From Octopus sinensis (taxonomy: Eukaryota): a DNA stretch of 64,000 nt. A program made the position numbers and the translations under genes. Under the pieces are notes generated by a model. It saw only the letters and a program-made list of their open reading frames with translations. It was not told the origin of the DNA and ran no database searches. Location of the stretch: the NCBI RefSeq assembly GCF_006345805.1, contig NC_043001.1, forward strand, positions 3,906,001 to 3,970,000. Direction: 5' to 3'. Below, piece after piece: positions 14,462 to 26,292 of this stretch. Each line of letters starts with the position of its first letter. Within the stretch, counting starts at the first letter, position 1.

Positions 14462-14748
14462 GTTTATAAAACAGTTTGTCTAAACAAAATATGATTTAAA
14501 GTTTTGAGGGAACGTTGAACACTTCCGTCTATTCACATTTGGGAAAAGAGTGGCTTAATATCTGATAAGAGGAGTATTATGTATATAAAAGAAATTAAAC
14601 ATCTTCAGTTCACTAGAGGCATAAACAAACTCAATCTCCAGTCGAAAATGTCTGGAATGTAACAACATAAATATTCTGCCATATTAATTTTATTGAATTT
14701 TACTTCAATGGAAAATTTCAAGTTATTTTACCACACACACACACACAT

Positions 14749-14781
<33 letters not shown>

Positions 14782-14997
14782 CACACACGCGTATATATGA
14801 TTCGCCATGATAGATCGCTACCCACTAAACCTTTTGTATTTTCTTCCCTGATTATTTCTGTGTTACTTTCTGTCGAAGAACATAGGCACGAAACGTAAAA
14901 GACTTTCTCACTTCCCGAGCGTTAAACCAATACTTGTGTTTGTTGTTTACACACTCGTCTTCGTCTTTTCTTTTGTTTGTTTACTTTATATTCCAGC

Positions 14998-15030
<33 letters not shown>

Positions 15031-16227
15031 ACACATATATATGAACTAGGAGAATTCCCTTTTTTCTTACTTCCAACCTTATTATTACCAATATTCAATT
15101 CAGTAAACTACCAAAGGTTTCATTCCCCGTGTAACTGACGACTTCAAAATTTCGTAATTGCTGTCAATTTTTTTCCTTGCAAAGTTATGATCATCATCAT
15201 TGTCGTCTTCGACATTATTATTACTATTGTTGTTTTTCATGTTGTTGTTGTTGTTGCCTTTGCACAACTTCTAACGCTGGAGATGTACTACAGTGTCAGC
15301 TGGTCCCTACCAGTGAACTAAGGTAACATATCTTAATGATGTCACCATCATTGGCTTCTGTTTCATTACCACCGTTATTCACAATATTTTGTGTTTTCAT
15401 TGTCCCTCATATGAGGTAGCGGTTATCAGGTTGAGCAATTACCAGTGATTTTATCGTGACACCATCATTTGATGTATCATTAATCAGCCCGTAAGGAGAC
15501 TCCACCCGTTTCCTTTCATTATTATTATCATAATCATCACTGATATCAATGCTATTATTGTTTTTATGTGTAGTATTAGCACTAGTTGCAGCAGCAGCAA
15601 CAATAGCAGGGCTGTGTGTGCTGGTTAGTGTGGTAGTTGGGCCTCAGATTCCTGTGCTATCATAGTAGTAGTAGTTGTAGTATTATTGTAGTATTAGTAG
15701 TATTTAGTAACAGTAGCTGCAGCATATTATCATTATTTTTTTTTCCATTATCACCATCAGCACCACCATCATTTTAGTAGAATAGTTGGGCAGCAGATTG
15801 GTGAATAGATCATAATGTACAGCTCAGCGTGGACGGACGCTAGTCAAATGGGCTCCACGTAGGTTGGCCACTTTTACATGTTTAAAACTCCTTCTTATCA
15901 AATATTTTGTTTTTAATCTTTGTGCAAAATCATTCACTAAAAAACTTGAGAATTTTTCACGTATAATTCCGCCCCTGTATGGGCGAAATTACCAAACTTT
16001 TTCAAAACTTTCGCGATTTTTTAGCCAATATATATCGCACACATTTTATTTGATTTGTGTAAAAAAATCATATACATTGTTCTAAGAAATAATTTATTTA
16101 ATTTCTTTAAAATATTCTTTTATTTTATTCTGTAAAATCAACTCATTCGTTAACCAACTCATTTGCATACGCGCAAGTCGTTGTAGGATCGACTACTTAC
16201 GACTAGCTAGCGCGCACCGGGTCCAGT

Positions 16228-16228
16228 C

Positions 16229-16299
<71 letters not shown>

Positions 16300-16382
16300 T
16301 AGTTTTATTTTTATAGCGTGCTTTCACTTCACTACCGAGCGCAGCTCTGTGTGCCTTGAGCATGTGCTGTGATTTGTTGTGA

Positions 16383-16383
<1 letters not shown>
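16228..16383 (-). mobile_element. 3'-UTR remnant of Dong/R4 family B with (AAT)n tail
   Basis: 16296-16383 is the reverse complement of 52033-52120 (the 3' UTR of the Dong copy), followed on the minus strand by (AAT)n at 16228-16296. Confidence 0.9.
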
Positions 16384-16426
<43 letters not shown>

Positions 16427-16691
16427 TCTTATTTCAATTGTTTCGTTTATTGCTGAGCGTCTCCCCAACACCTAGGGTAAAGAAGCTCACTGTACAAATT
16501 GGTAGGCCATCAAGATAAATACGCTAAATTGTTCACTTGCAAAGTCATATGATACAAAAAAGGGGAAGAGCGAGGAAAAAGGGGGAAGGGTAAAAAGAAA
16601 GAAAGTAAGGCGAAGCAGGAAAGAAAATTCCAGTGGAAATGGTCTTCTTCTTCTTCTTCGTCTTCTTCTATTTCTTCCTATTAGTATTTTT

Positions 16692-17251
16692 ATTATTGAG
16701 TAAGAGAGCAGTGCATGCCACCAAAGTGACACTGGGGTAAAATATACGAAGCCCAGTATACCTATCATGACTACCCGTCTAATAAGGGTACACCAGGCAC
16801 ATGCATCACAACAATATGTGCACAACATGGTGATCTCATATCAAGATAAACAGCACATGACCTTGCAGGTGGGGCCCAGTTAGAATTTTCTTCTGGTCGA
16901 GTAACCCATCCCGCTCAAAAGGTCCCTGAATAAGGGTTGTTTAAGGATGTTAATCGAAGCACCCATGTTTCCAGAGGTGAATTATTCAAATACCTAAGAA
17001 TCCCTCTCAACACACGACTATGATGCTCCCCAACCACTTCTGCTCGTGATCATAGGTGCACATATCGTCAGCCACTAAGGGAGATGCTCAACTGGTTAAG
17101 GTCAAACAACTGACAAGCAAATCTGTGGTATTCAGCAGAATATTTGCTGTAGTCCATCTTTAACACCAAGACAAAACAATGTACCTGATAACACTTGCAA
17201 TCAGTTAAGATCAGAAGACACGAGAGCCACTGTCTCGTATTGCATCAGGGC

Positions 17252-17256
<5 letters not shown>
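16692..17256 (-). mobile_element. Non-coding ~560 bp repeat (family C), apparently full length, flanked by (AAT)-type tracts
   Basis: Matches 6310-6762 in opposite orientation, with a decayed copy at ~35933-36285. ATT-type tracts lie at both ends (short and imperfect on the left). Confidence 0.85.
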
Positions 17257-17282
<26 letters not shown>

Positions 17283-17321
17283 GTTATTATTATTATCATC
17301 ATTATTATTATCATTCTATAA

Positions 17322-17353
<32 letters not shown>

Positions 17354-18169
17354 TATATATATGTATGTATATATATATATATCTACATACCTATCTACCT
17401 ACAAACGTACCTACCTACGAACCGACATACCAACCTACAAAAAGTACGTACGTACGTACCTGCCAGCCTACCTACCTACCTATGTACATACATACATAAA
17501 TACATACATACATGCATACATACACATACATAAATGCAGAAATACATGCATACGCATACAGAAAAGTAATAAAAAGTAAATGCGCTTTTACATGTTTATA
17601 TCATTGAATTCTTTCCAAAGTATATTAAGTCAGTGGAATAATTTCAAGACACAATAAAATGCATTGAATTGAAGACTGATTACCACAATCAAATTCTTTC
17701 GAAAGTCTTTATTACATATTGCGATATATTTGTATCAAATCCAAAATACATTTCTACAATCAAATTATTTCAAGATTATGGATTCCAAATTACATCCAAA
17801 TAATCTCTAAATATCTTATTAACCTTTTCAATATCCATGATTACAAAAATACATCAAAGTTCATAATTTCAAATTGATTTCACTTCCAGCCCTCCCAATG
17901 CTCATGTTCAATGGCTTTCTACTTGCCTTCCTTTCACATCCGCTGAGGGAAGTAGAAGTTGCCTCATTGCAGATTCACTACGCTAGAAGGGAATCATACA
18001 GATTACGTTATTAAATCCAAATGGTGCAGGGAGGTAAATATTTGTACTTTTACTTATTCAAAACTATAAGAAGGTATAATAAAGTTCTATCTTTAAGAGA
18101 TGAGGAATTATGAACATTAGTTACATTATTTACCTTTGATGGATATTTGTCCTCATCTTCTTTGTGGTT

Positions 18170-18215
18170 AAGACAACGTTTCGGCTGATGTACCATTCAG
18201 CCTTCATCAGGTGTC
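18170..18215 (-). ncRNA. Minimal type I hammerhead ribozyme motif (family H inverted arm)
   Basis: The minus strand reads GACAC-CUGAUGA-A-GGCUGA(augguaca)UCAGCC-GAAA-CG-UU-GUCUU: intact core, 6 bp stem II, palindromic stem III. The 3' strand of stem I deviates from the GUGUU of the other copies. Confidence 0.7.
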
Positions 18216-18329
18216 TCGGGAAATTTCGAACCTGGGTTCTCATTCCCAAAGCATAGTGGTTAAGAGCGCAGGCTACTGACCCCAAGATTCCGAGTTCGAT
18301 TCCAGGCAGTGTCCTGAATAATAATAATA

Positions 18330-18361
<32 letters not shown>

Positions 18362-18368
18362 AGTAATG

Positions 18369-18405
<37 letters not shown>

Positions 18406-18409
18406 TAAC

Positions 18410-18495
<86 letters not shown>

Positions 18496-18550
18496 TACTA
18501 ACATCGAAAAATACCTTAGGAATGAGAACCCAAGTTCGAAATTTCCCCAA

Positions 18551-18596
18551 GACACCCGAGGAAGGCTGGAGGGTATATCAGCCGAAACGTTGTGTT
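18551..18596 (+). ncRNA. Hammerhead motif with mutated core (family H copy 1)
   Basis: GACAC-CCGAGGA-A-GGCUGG(aggguata)UCAGCC-GAAA-CG-UU-GUGUU; CUGAUGA is changed to CCGAGGA. Confidence 0.6.
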
Positions 18597-18799
18597 AACA
18601 ACAAACAAGATGAGGACAAATATCCGTAAATGTAGATAATGTAAATGATATATAAGAGGGTATATACCTGATGAGTCTTAGAAAATAAAGTAGAAGCAGG
18701 TGCCAATGTTAGGTTAATGATTGAAATCGCTTTTCTATTTTACTATTAAAACGTTTCTTTTATTGTTTCATTGTTGTTTTTATCATATTTTCCGCATAT

Positions 18800-21750
18800 A
18801 AGATTCGAAGTCTTATAGTGCTGGGAAGACGCATTTGTGGGACAACGTATTTATGACGTAAATTAAGTTTCTGAAAGACATCAAACGTTATGTTTAAAAC
18901 TTTTTTTCCCCGTTGTTGTAATCGGACTCTGATCCTACAGATATATTGATCCAAATTCCACAAATTTTAGCCGTCAGATTTTGTGTAACGCTGATAGTAG
19001 TTGGACAATTGTTGAAGATTTCTACTGAAAATGTTACCATTTTATACCTTACAATACATTTTTTATTTATTTTTGTAAGATTCTCCTTAATCTAACAATT
19101 TGAAATTGCATTTAATTGCATTAAACGCCCCAGTCTTCTTAGAATTGCAGAATGACATGTAAGCTGAAACGTTTGCTGCGGTTTCGGTTTTTACTCTTCT
19201 TAAATCACTGATCTCAGGTGCGTTGCTTGTAGACATTAGATTACATTAATAATTAATGATACTTTGATGCATATTCTTTTTGTTAGATTGCACGGCTATT
19301 AACTCTCGTGTGTTCTGGCTTCCATGAACTAAAATGGAAATATTGCCTCGAGTCGAATAGTTTATTATATATATCTGCCTTATTTCTAATTTGTTTCGTT
19401 GTATTACTACTAAACATAAAAATCACGATTTACCCCTGCTATATTTTATAGAGAAGTTGCATGGCCCAGTGGTTAGGCACTCACGATCAATAAATGGTGG
19501 ATTCGATTCGCTGACTGGGCGGCGCTTTATGCTCTTGAGCAAAACCTTCGTCTCACGTTGCTCCAGTCCCCCTTTTGATCAGGGAGGAATGTTGGCCTGT
19601 TCACCTGGCCAGCTGGGAGGCCAGCGGGAAGGCTGAAACAATACAAAACGCATTGTAACCAGCGATGTACAACAACATCTGATAGCCTGGTAGGTCACGT
19701 GATATTCCATAGTATATGGAATATTCTTGTTAATACTATTTCATGATTGTTTTGCAATCAAAAATCTTATCTCCAAGCTCTCTCCATGATATAAAACAAT
19801 CAATTCTCTAAATTCCCTTGAAGTAATTCTGAAAATCGTTTGATTGTTCAACCTGGATATACCATTTATTCTGTTATTAAATCGTATCCAATTACAAAAT
19901 ATTGGGGTTATCGGGATCCCTGTTAGGTTTCAATTCCTTTTGCTATATATCCTGTGGTCGAAATTACGAAAAAATATTTTTTGAAGTAACTGACGAGCTT
20001 CAAAAATACATTCCTATTTGTTATTTAGGAAATATACTGAACCCAAAACGTTTCGCTCCCATTCCATATTCAATCGGCATATTTGAATATCAAAAGAAAT
20101 TATGAATGATTCTTCATTCATTGTACATGACAGATGGCTCGACATATTCATGTAATCACTTATGTAGCTCTGATGTGCTTCAGATAATACTTTAGTATTA
20201 TGTCTAAGAATTCTTCAATCAGTGCATTTCAGAAAAGGTCCTGCCACAGATTTATTAAAATTTTTAATCTTTTGGATGAAGGTGATTTACGTAAGAACAT
20301 TAGAATCCTTTACAAGTATTGTTTATAAATTTACTTCTGTGGATTTTTGCTGTCCAGTCACGTTGCTTGATTACATTTAAAATCGGTTAAGTACTCCTAT
20401 TCTTCGTCAGCTAACCCCTTTTTGTATAAATTGAATCGGGCGTTAAATTTTTGTAATATTTTATGCGCACTTTTCACAACTGCTCTTCTGGTCAACTATG
20501 GCAAAATTTTGATAGAATTCTATACCCGTTGCACCTACAATTCTTCCTTTATTAGCTTCATATACAATCAGTTTTGAATCGGTTAAAATGCATTAATATA
20601 CTCTCATTCCATTGTTGTGAATTTTTCACGTACCCTTTGTATTTGTAGGTATCCAGTTGCAAAATATGATCCGAAAACCTATCACGTTCACTGTCTCTAC
20701 CTCTTTGTACATAAGGTTTACTTTTATTTCTGACGAGAGATTCGAAATCGCAAGCCTCATTAAGCATCTCATCTGAAAGTCTTAGGTTTGTAATATTTTT
20801 ATATCATTTGTCTATGAATTTCCTGGAATTGGCGTAAATTTAAGTTTTTGGAAATGTTGTTATTGTTGTATTGACTGCAATAAAAAAATGTTGGTGTCTC
20901 GTGTTTTGGTCATTCCAGCTGGCATCCTTGTTCCTTTCGACGGGATCTAAAAAGTAGTCATGAAAATAGTTTCGTAGATTTGATATATTTCTGCATTCAT
21001 TACTCTAAACAAAATAGTTAAAGTGGCTGTCATGATTCCTTGCAATCTTGCTTCTCTTGTATCTACTTCGAAAGTGCGTTCTCCCACAATAATCTTCTAA
21101 CGTATTTCTCCTATAATTCTATTTTCATTACTGTAGAAACTTATTAGAAACAATAGGATATTCATTTCTGGATAATAGAAGATTTTATTCGTTGAGTAAG
21201 ATGCCACTCTGTATCTAAGCTGGTTTCCGTTGAATTCATACCGGGGTCGGTTTCAATTAGATTCAGTTTTTGTATTTCTATTGCTTTTCAATGTTTGATC
21301 ATTGTTCCATTCCAAATTTATAACGCTTGGTTCATTGGTGTTTGTTCTATGGCTTCTGCATATAGCTTAATTTCAGTTCTTTCATGAAAAAGATTTTCTG
21401 AAGAATGTTCTTTTTTGAAATTATTCTTCCCCACTTCTTTTATCTCATCTTTAATTTGAAATAATCATTTTCCCATTCTTATTTCCACAGTTTGTAAATG
21501 TTTTCATAACGAATTCCTTCCGCCTTCTTATATAATTCTACAGATATTCCTTCAGCAATTGTCTTATATTTCTCTTCATTAGTAGTTTATTTTATACTTA
21601 ACAAATCTCCATCCTTTCTAAACTTATCAATAAATTGTCTGTCTTATGTTTGTCTTTGTTGTTCTTCTTCATCTTTAATTGGTCTGATTTGGAATATTCT
21701 AGGAAGAATTATAGGTTTTAAATTAATTCTCCTCGTGTTCTGAAGGCAAG
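18800..21750 (-). pseudogene. Decayed Penelope-like element (RT + GIY-YIG endonuclease), interrupted by a SINE
   Basis: Minus-strand broken frames give, in the correct order: EYLTDFKC..KIHRSK (~20335-20400), FLDIILK (~20190-20212), SYISD, ISFDI (~20085-20100), RQYFHFSSWKPEHT..NLTKRIC (~19268-19350, RT thumb) and NLIYVI (~18850-18870, endonuclease). The outer boundaries are approximate. Confidence 0.8.
19453..19705 (+). mobile_element. tRNA-derived SINE (family B) nested in the PLE fossil
   Basis: A box tggcccagtgg, B-box-like gattcgattc, central cttgagcaaaacc...cacgttgctccagtcc; related to 34783-35081. Confidence 0.75.
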
Positions 21751-21974
21751 AAAGACTCGACTAAATACGCAGTTACATAGATTTGCAGTAATACGGTGAC
21801 CACATTTTAAACTTTTCCTGTTATAGGAATTTACGGAAAGTAAGCAAAGAATCCACAAAACAAGAAAAAACTTTCTTATTGTAAAATGTAAACCCATTTT
21901 AAATCATTAACTAAAAACTGTCATCTGTATCTATCCCATTTTCTAAATGGCTGTTAACTGACAGAGTTGCTACC

Positions 21975-22160
21975 GCGCCGGGAGAACTGCATAGCAGCAT
22001 TTCGTCTGTATTTCTGTTCTGAGTTCAAATGCTACCAAGATCGACTTTATTTCTCTTCCTTTAGGGGTTAACAAAATAAAAACTAGTTGAGTAGTTGGGT
22101 CGATGTAATTGATTTATTCCATTCCCCGAATTTTCAGACCTTGAGTTAAATTTTGAAACC
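21975..22160 (+). mobile_element. Decayed family A SINE (tail B)
   Basis: catttcgtctg...gttctgagttcaaat...tcgacttt...tcctttaggggttaacaaaataa...gggtcgatgtaattga...ccccgaattttcagaccttg. Confidence 0.75.
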
Positions 22161-24024
22161 ATGTTCCCCGTATAGTTTTGAATAATTAGAAATGTAAATA
22201 TTTACGTTCCTACGCAATTTGGATCTAATCGCATATCCAACATCAGTCTCTTCTAAAGCAATGCAACTGTACTGAGGCTACGCCCGGTAGACGCATCGTA
22301 TATGAAACGTAGGCGCATAACAAATCACTACACACGCACACTGTAAGACATGAAATTGGTTTTCAATTATGTGCTTTGATATATTTCTGTAATTATCAAT
22401 ACCGACGTGTTCAAAAAGGTATTTTGAAATAATTTGAATACATTTTGGGTTATGTAAGTCACAATAATCCTAGATATACAAATGAAAACGTGACAGTTGT
22501 AGCTAAAATATTTTGACCATAGACTCATTAAAAAATGGCTTCTTGGTGTTAAGAAAAAGTAAGAACATCTGAAACGGGTTCTACAGCCACCCGGATAGAT
22601 TCTAAGTATTTGTTGAACGGCTAAATATAGCAGCCAAATGTAATACAAATCATATTCTAGTGTCTTACAGAAAAGAACGGTATATTGGCCAATATAGTTC
22701 CAGTGTTACGAAAAATATTTGGACGGCCACAGTTGAAAGATGTTCATCGTTGGCTTCTTCAACCTGGCAGGCTCGTAGCTAAACAATTCTAACAAAAACA
22801 ATAATAATTAAGGTTTAAGTGAACTGGAATTTTTATAAATATTCATTGAAACTGTTAAAATTTGCTGCTAAATGTTCTCAAATTATACTCTACTGTTTTA
22901 ATGAAGTATATATCGTATGATATACGTGTTTGTGTATATGTGTATACGTTTCATTATTTGTCCAATGGGAAAAAAGGAGAGTGGAGGAAATTCACGCGTT
23001 GATCTAAACTATAAAACGATGACACATAGCAGCAGGAACAACGATAGCAATAATGAGAAACATGTCCCCGATATATTAACAGGACACGGTTTAGGCAGAA
23101 ATTGGTTTCACTTGTTCTCTGCAACGTATAGAATAAGTTACATAAATTCGGTAGCGGATATGTGAATGATATCTCTAAAATATTATTCCATGTACAATAT
23201 TCCTGCAGTGATATATTATTTTTTTTCTACCTACTTGTGTATATTTGGTCTTTGTATCAATATTTCAAACTCCATATATCCATATGTAGATATACATTCT
23301 GCGTTTTTCTATTTTATTTGATTAAAAAACCATTTTTATTTTTTGCACATACTGTTATAATTTTGATTTTTTCCCAGGCCATTTCTGGTATTAACCACTC
23401 TAAAACAGTGAATTCAAGGAGAGTAACGTGACAAAACACAATATCTATATTAGCGTTTCAATAAATACAACTCAAAAAGGAAGTTGCCAATTGATAAATA
23501 GTTTTTGTTTTTGTTTATTTTTTTCCAAGCAACTCAGAAAAAAATGATTAATGGAAATGAGCTGTTTGCAAAATGCATCCGGGGTATATGTGAAATAAGT
23601 TGGAATCACGACAAAATTGCTGAACATGTTTATCTGCTGATACTTCAATCTTTAAGCGAGTTTCTATTCTCTACTATTTTCTATTTTTTTTCTTCTATGT
23701 TGTATATTTAGGATCTAAGAATGGTATTCTAAACGTTCGAAATAGATTTTATATTTTCAATGCAATATTCCACTTTTTCGGATCGTTCAAAACATGGCAC
23801 TGACTAATTCGAAGTAATGAGATATAAAGATTCAGATTTACATTGTAATTAATTATTTAGCTCAGCCAATTTTAATGAATACTTTTTCTCCCTCTTGCTC
23901 TTGTTTACAATCACGTGTATACATACAAGCGCGTGTACACCCTCACACAAACACACACATACACACATAAATATACAGGAATACACATATATAGATAAGA
24001 TTATTCTATTAAACATGCACATAT

Positions 24025-24077
<53 letters not shown>

Positions 24078-24229
24078 AAGTTGTGATGAGATTTAGGCAC
24101 AATGATGCAAAGGTCACTGGTTGGAATCGAACTCGGAACCGAACTCTTAATCACTACACCTTATGCACGTGGTTAAGAACGTGGGCTACTAACCACAAGA
24201 CTCCGAGTTCGATTCTAGGCAATAATTTC

Positions 24230-24275
<46 letters not shown>

Positions 24276-24287
24276 GTGATAATGATG

Positions 24288-24341
<54 letters not shown>

Positions 24342-24343
<2 letters not shown>

Positions 24344-26162
24344 CGGGTATAAAATGTTTGATAAAAATATAAATCATCTCGTTTACATGGATGATTTAAA
24401 GCTGTTTGCAAAAAATGATCAACAACTCAAGGGCTTACTAGCGATAGTCAAACAATTCAGTGACGACATCAGAATGCAATTCGGCCTCGATAAATGTGCA
24501 AAGGCTACCTTTATCAAAGGAAAAATGACAGAAACATCTAACGTTAACCTTGACCAACAGAATGTCATAAAAGAACTAGACCCAGCGGAGAGCTACAAGT
24601 ACCTAGGGGTAATTGAAGGGAACGGAATAAGTCATTCAGAGATGAAGGAAAGGATCAGGAGAGAATGCTATCGAAGAGTGAGAGCAATACTCAAGACAGA
24701 GCTGAATGCAAGAAACAGGATCGAAGCAATCAATGCATTAGCTATACCAGTCGTAACTTACAGTTTCAATATTGTTAACTGGTCAATTACTGAAATATGT
24801 CAGCTCGACAGAAAAATAAGGAAACTGTTAACAATGCATAGAATGCACCACCCTAAGGCAGATACAGAACGACTCTATCTGCCAAGAAAAGAGGGAGGCC
24901 GTGGTCTTTTGCAACTGGCAATAACAATGAAGATTGCTACAATTGGCCTAGACACCTACCTGAAAAACTCTGAGGACTGGATGTTAAAACTTGTCTCAAA
25001 ACATGAAAACAAGAAAGCATCATACTCAGTCACAAAACAGGCAAAGGAATATCTAAGTGAATTCCGAATACAACCAATTTCGGAATTAGAGATAGATATA
25101 CAAGAAACAAGCACAGAAAAAGCTAGGCGCATGAAAACCCGTGCCAAAACTGCGGCCTTAGATATTCTGAATAATAAATGGCAAGAAAAACTATCTATGG
25201 CAAATACCCAAAGAGAGCGAATAATGCAGATATCGACAAAGCCCTGACCCATCAATGGCTAATGGCCTCTGGCTTAAAATCTGAAACAGAGGGGTTTATC
25301 ATAGCAGCTCAAGATCAATGCCTACCAACAAGAAACTACCAGGCCAACATATTAAAGATCAGAAGCAGTCCAACGTGTCGTGTATGCAAGCAACAAAATG
25401 AAACCATTGACCATGTGGTCTCCAAGTGCAGTCTTCTAGCGCCTACAGAGTATCTCAACAGGCACGATAGAGCTGCACAATATATTCACTGGGTAATCTG
25501 TAAAAACCTGGATTTGCCCCATGAAAAAAAACTGGTGGGAACACAAACCACCCCCAGTGCTTGAAAATGACCACATCTCACTCCTCTGGAACTTCACCAT
25601 TCAAACTGACAGGAAGATAGATGCAAATAGGCCAGACATCATATTGAAAGACTTCAAACAAAGAACATGCCTCCTCATTGATATGACTGTACCAATCGAT
25701 ATAAACGTATCTGTCAAGACCTACCAAAAACTGAGCAAATATAAAGATCTTGAAATAGAAATCAGCAAAATGTGGAAGCTGAAGACTAAAACAATACCTG
25801 TTGTCATAGGTGCCCTGGGAATGATAGCAAAAGGGGCTGATAGCTACCTAACTCAGATACCAGGAAACCCAAAAATGGCAGAAGTTCAAAAGATAGTGTT
25901 CATGGGAACTGCTCATATCCTACGCAAAATACTCTCTATGTAATCTCAAGGTTTAAAACAAACATAATTTTCGGTTTAAAAAAAAAAAAAAAAAAAACTT
26001 TTTTTTTTTTTTAGACATTCATTAGTACAACATCCCCACCCCCCAAATATATGGCACACTAGGCATAACAACAACATGAACTTCCAACCCTGTTGTCTCT
26101 TGAGGTCTCTGGGTGAGACTTGGAGCCAACTTGTACAAATATAAAGCAAAAGTCAAACATAG
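24342..26162 (+). mobile_element. R4/Dong-clade non-LTR retrotransposon, family A, 5'-truncated and frameshifted
   Basis: RT motif YMDDLKLF, thumb YKYLG/GGRGL, CCHC CRVC..ETIDHVVSKC, RHD and restriction-like endonuclease RPDII..LIDMTVP..K.SKY across three frames to the stop at 25943; 3' UTR followed by (AAT)n; (AAT)n on both sides. Confidence 0.93.
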
Positions 26163-26246
26163 AATAATAATAATAATAAATATAATAATAATAATACCAT
26201 CCAAAAATACCTTAGAAATGCGGACCCAGATTCAAAATTTTCTCAG

Positions 26247-26292
26247 GACACCTGATGAAAGCTGGAGGGTATATCAGCCGTAACGTTGTGTT
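26247..26292 (+). ncRNA. Hammerhead motif (family H copy 2), GAAA mutated
   Basis: GACAC-CUGAUGA-A-AGCUGG(aggguata)UCAGCC-GUAA-CG-UU-GUGUU. Confidence 0.6.

Larger units (their letters stand above)
18083..18650 (+). mobile_element. tRNA-headed, (AAT)n-containing, hammerhead-bearing SINE-like element (family H), copy 1, with inverted arm
   Basis: Inverted 3' arm 18083-18250; tRNA-like head 18251-18317 (tagtggttaagagc, gagttcgattcc); (AAT/GAT)n 18318-18500; 3' region to ~18650. Flanking direct repeat tataagaaggtata (18065-18078) / tataagagggtata (18651-18664). Confidence 0.88.

Noticed and set aside
15825-16228. Possible MITE or Helitron-like element
   Set aside because: Terminal similarity is too weak and there is no second copy in the window.
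18083-18650. Family H as a MITE with terminal inverted repeats
   Set aside because: The inverted arms vary in length and content among the three copies, and the Pol III head and hammerhead indicate an RNA intermediate.
18664-18705. ctgatgagtc motif just outside family H copy 1
   Set aside because: No paired stem II followed by GAAA; it may be a relic of the adjacent PLE or chance.
23505-23600. Candidate host exon (polypyrimidine-AG ... GT); similar weak candidates at ~27175-27430 (-) and ~36695-36760 (+)
   Set aside because: No recognisable protein similarity and weak splice context; cannot be supported without RNA data.
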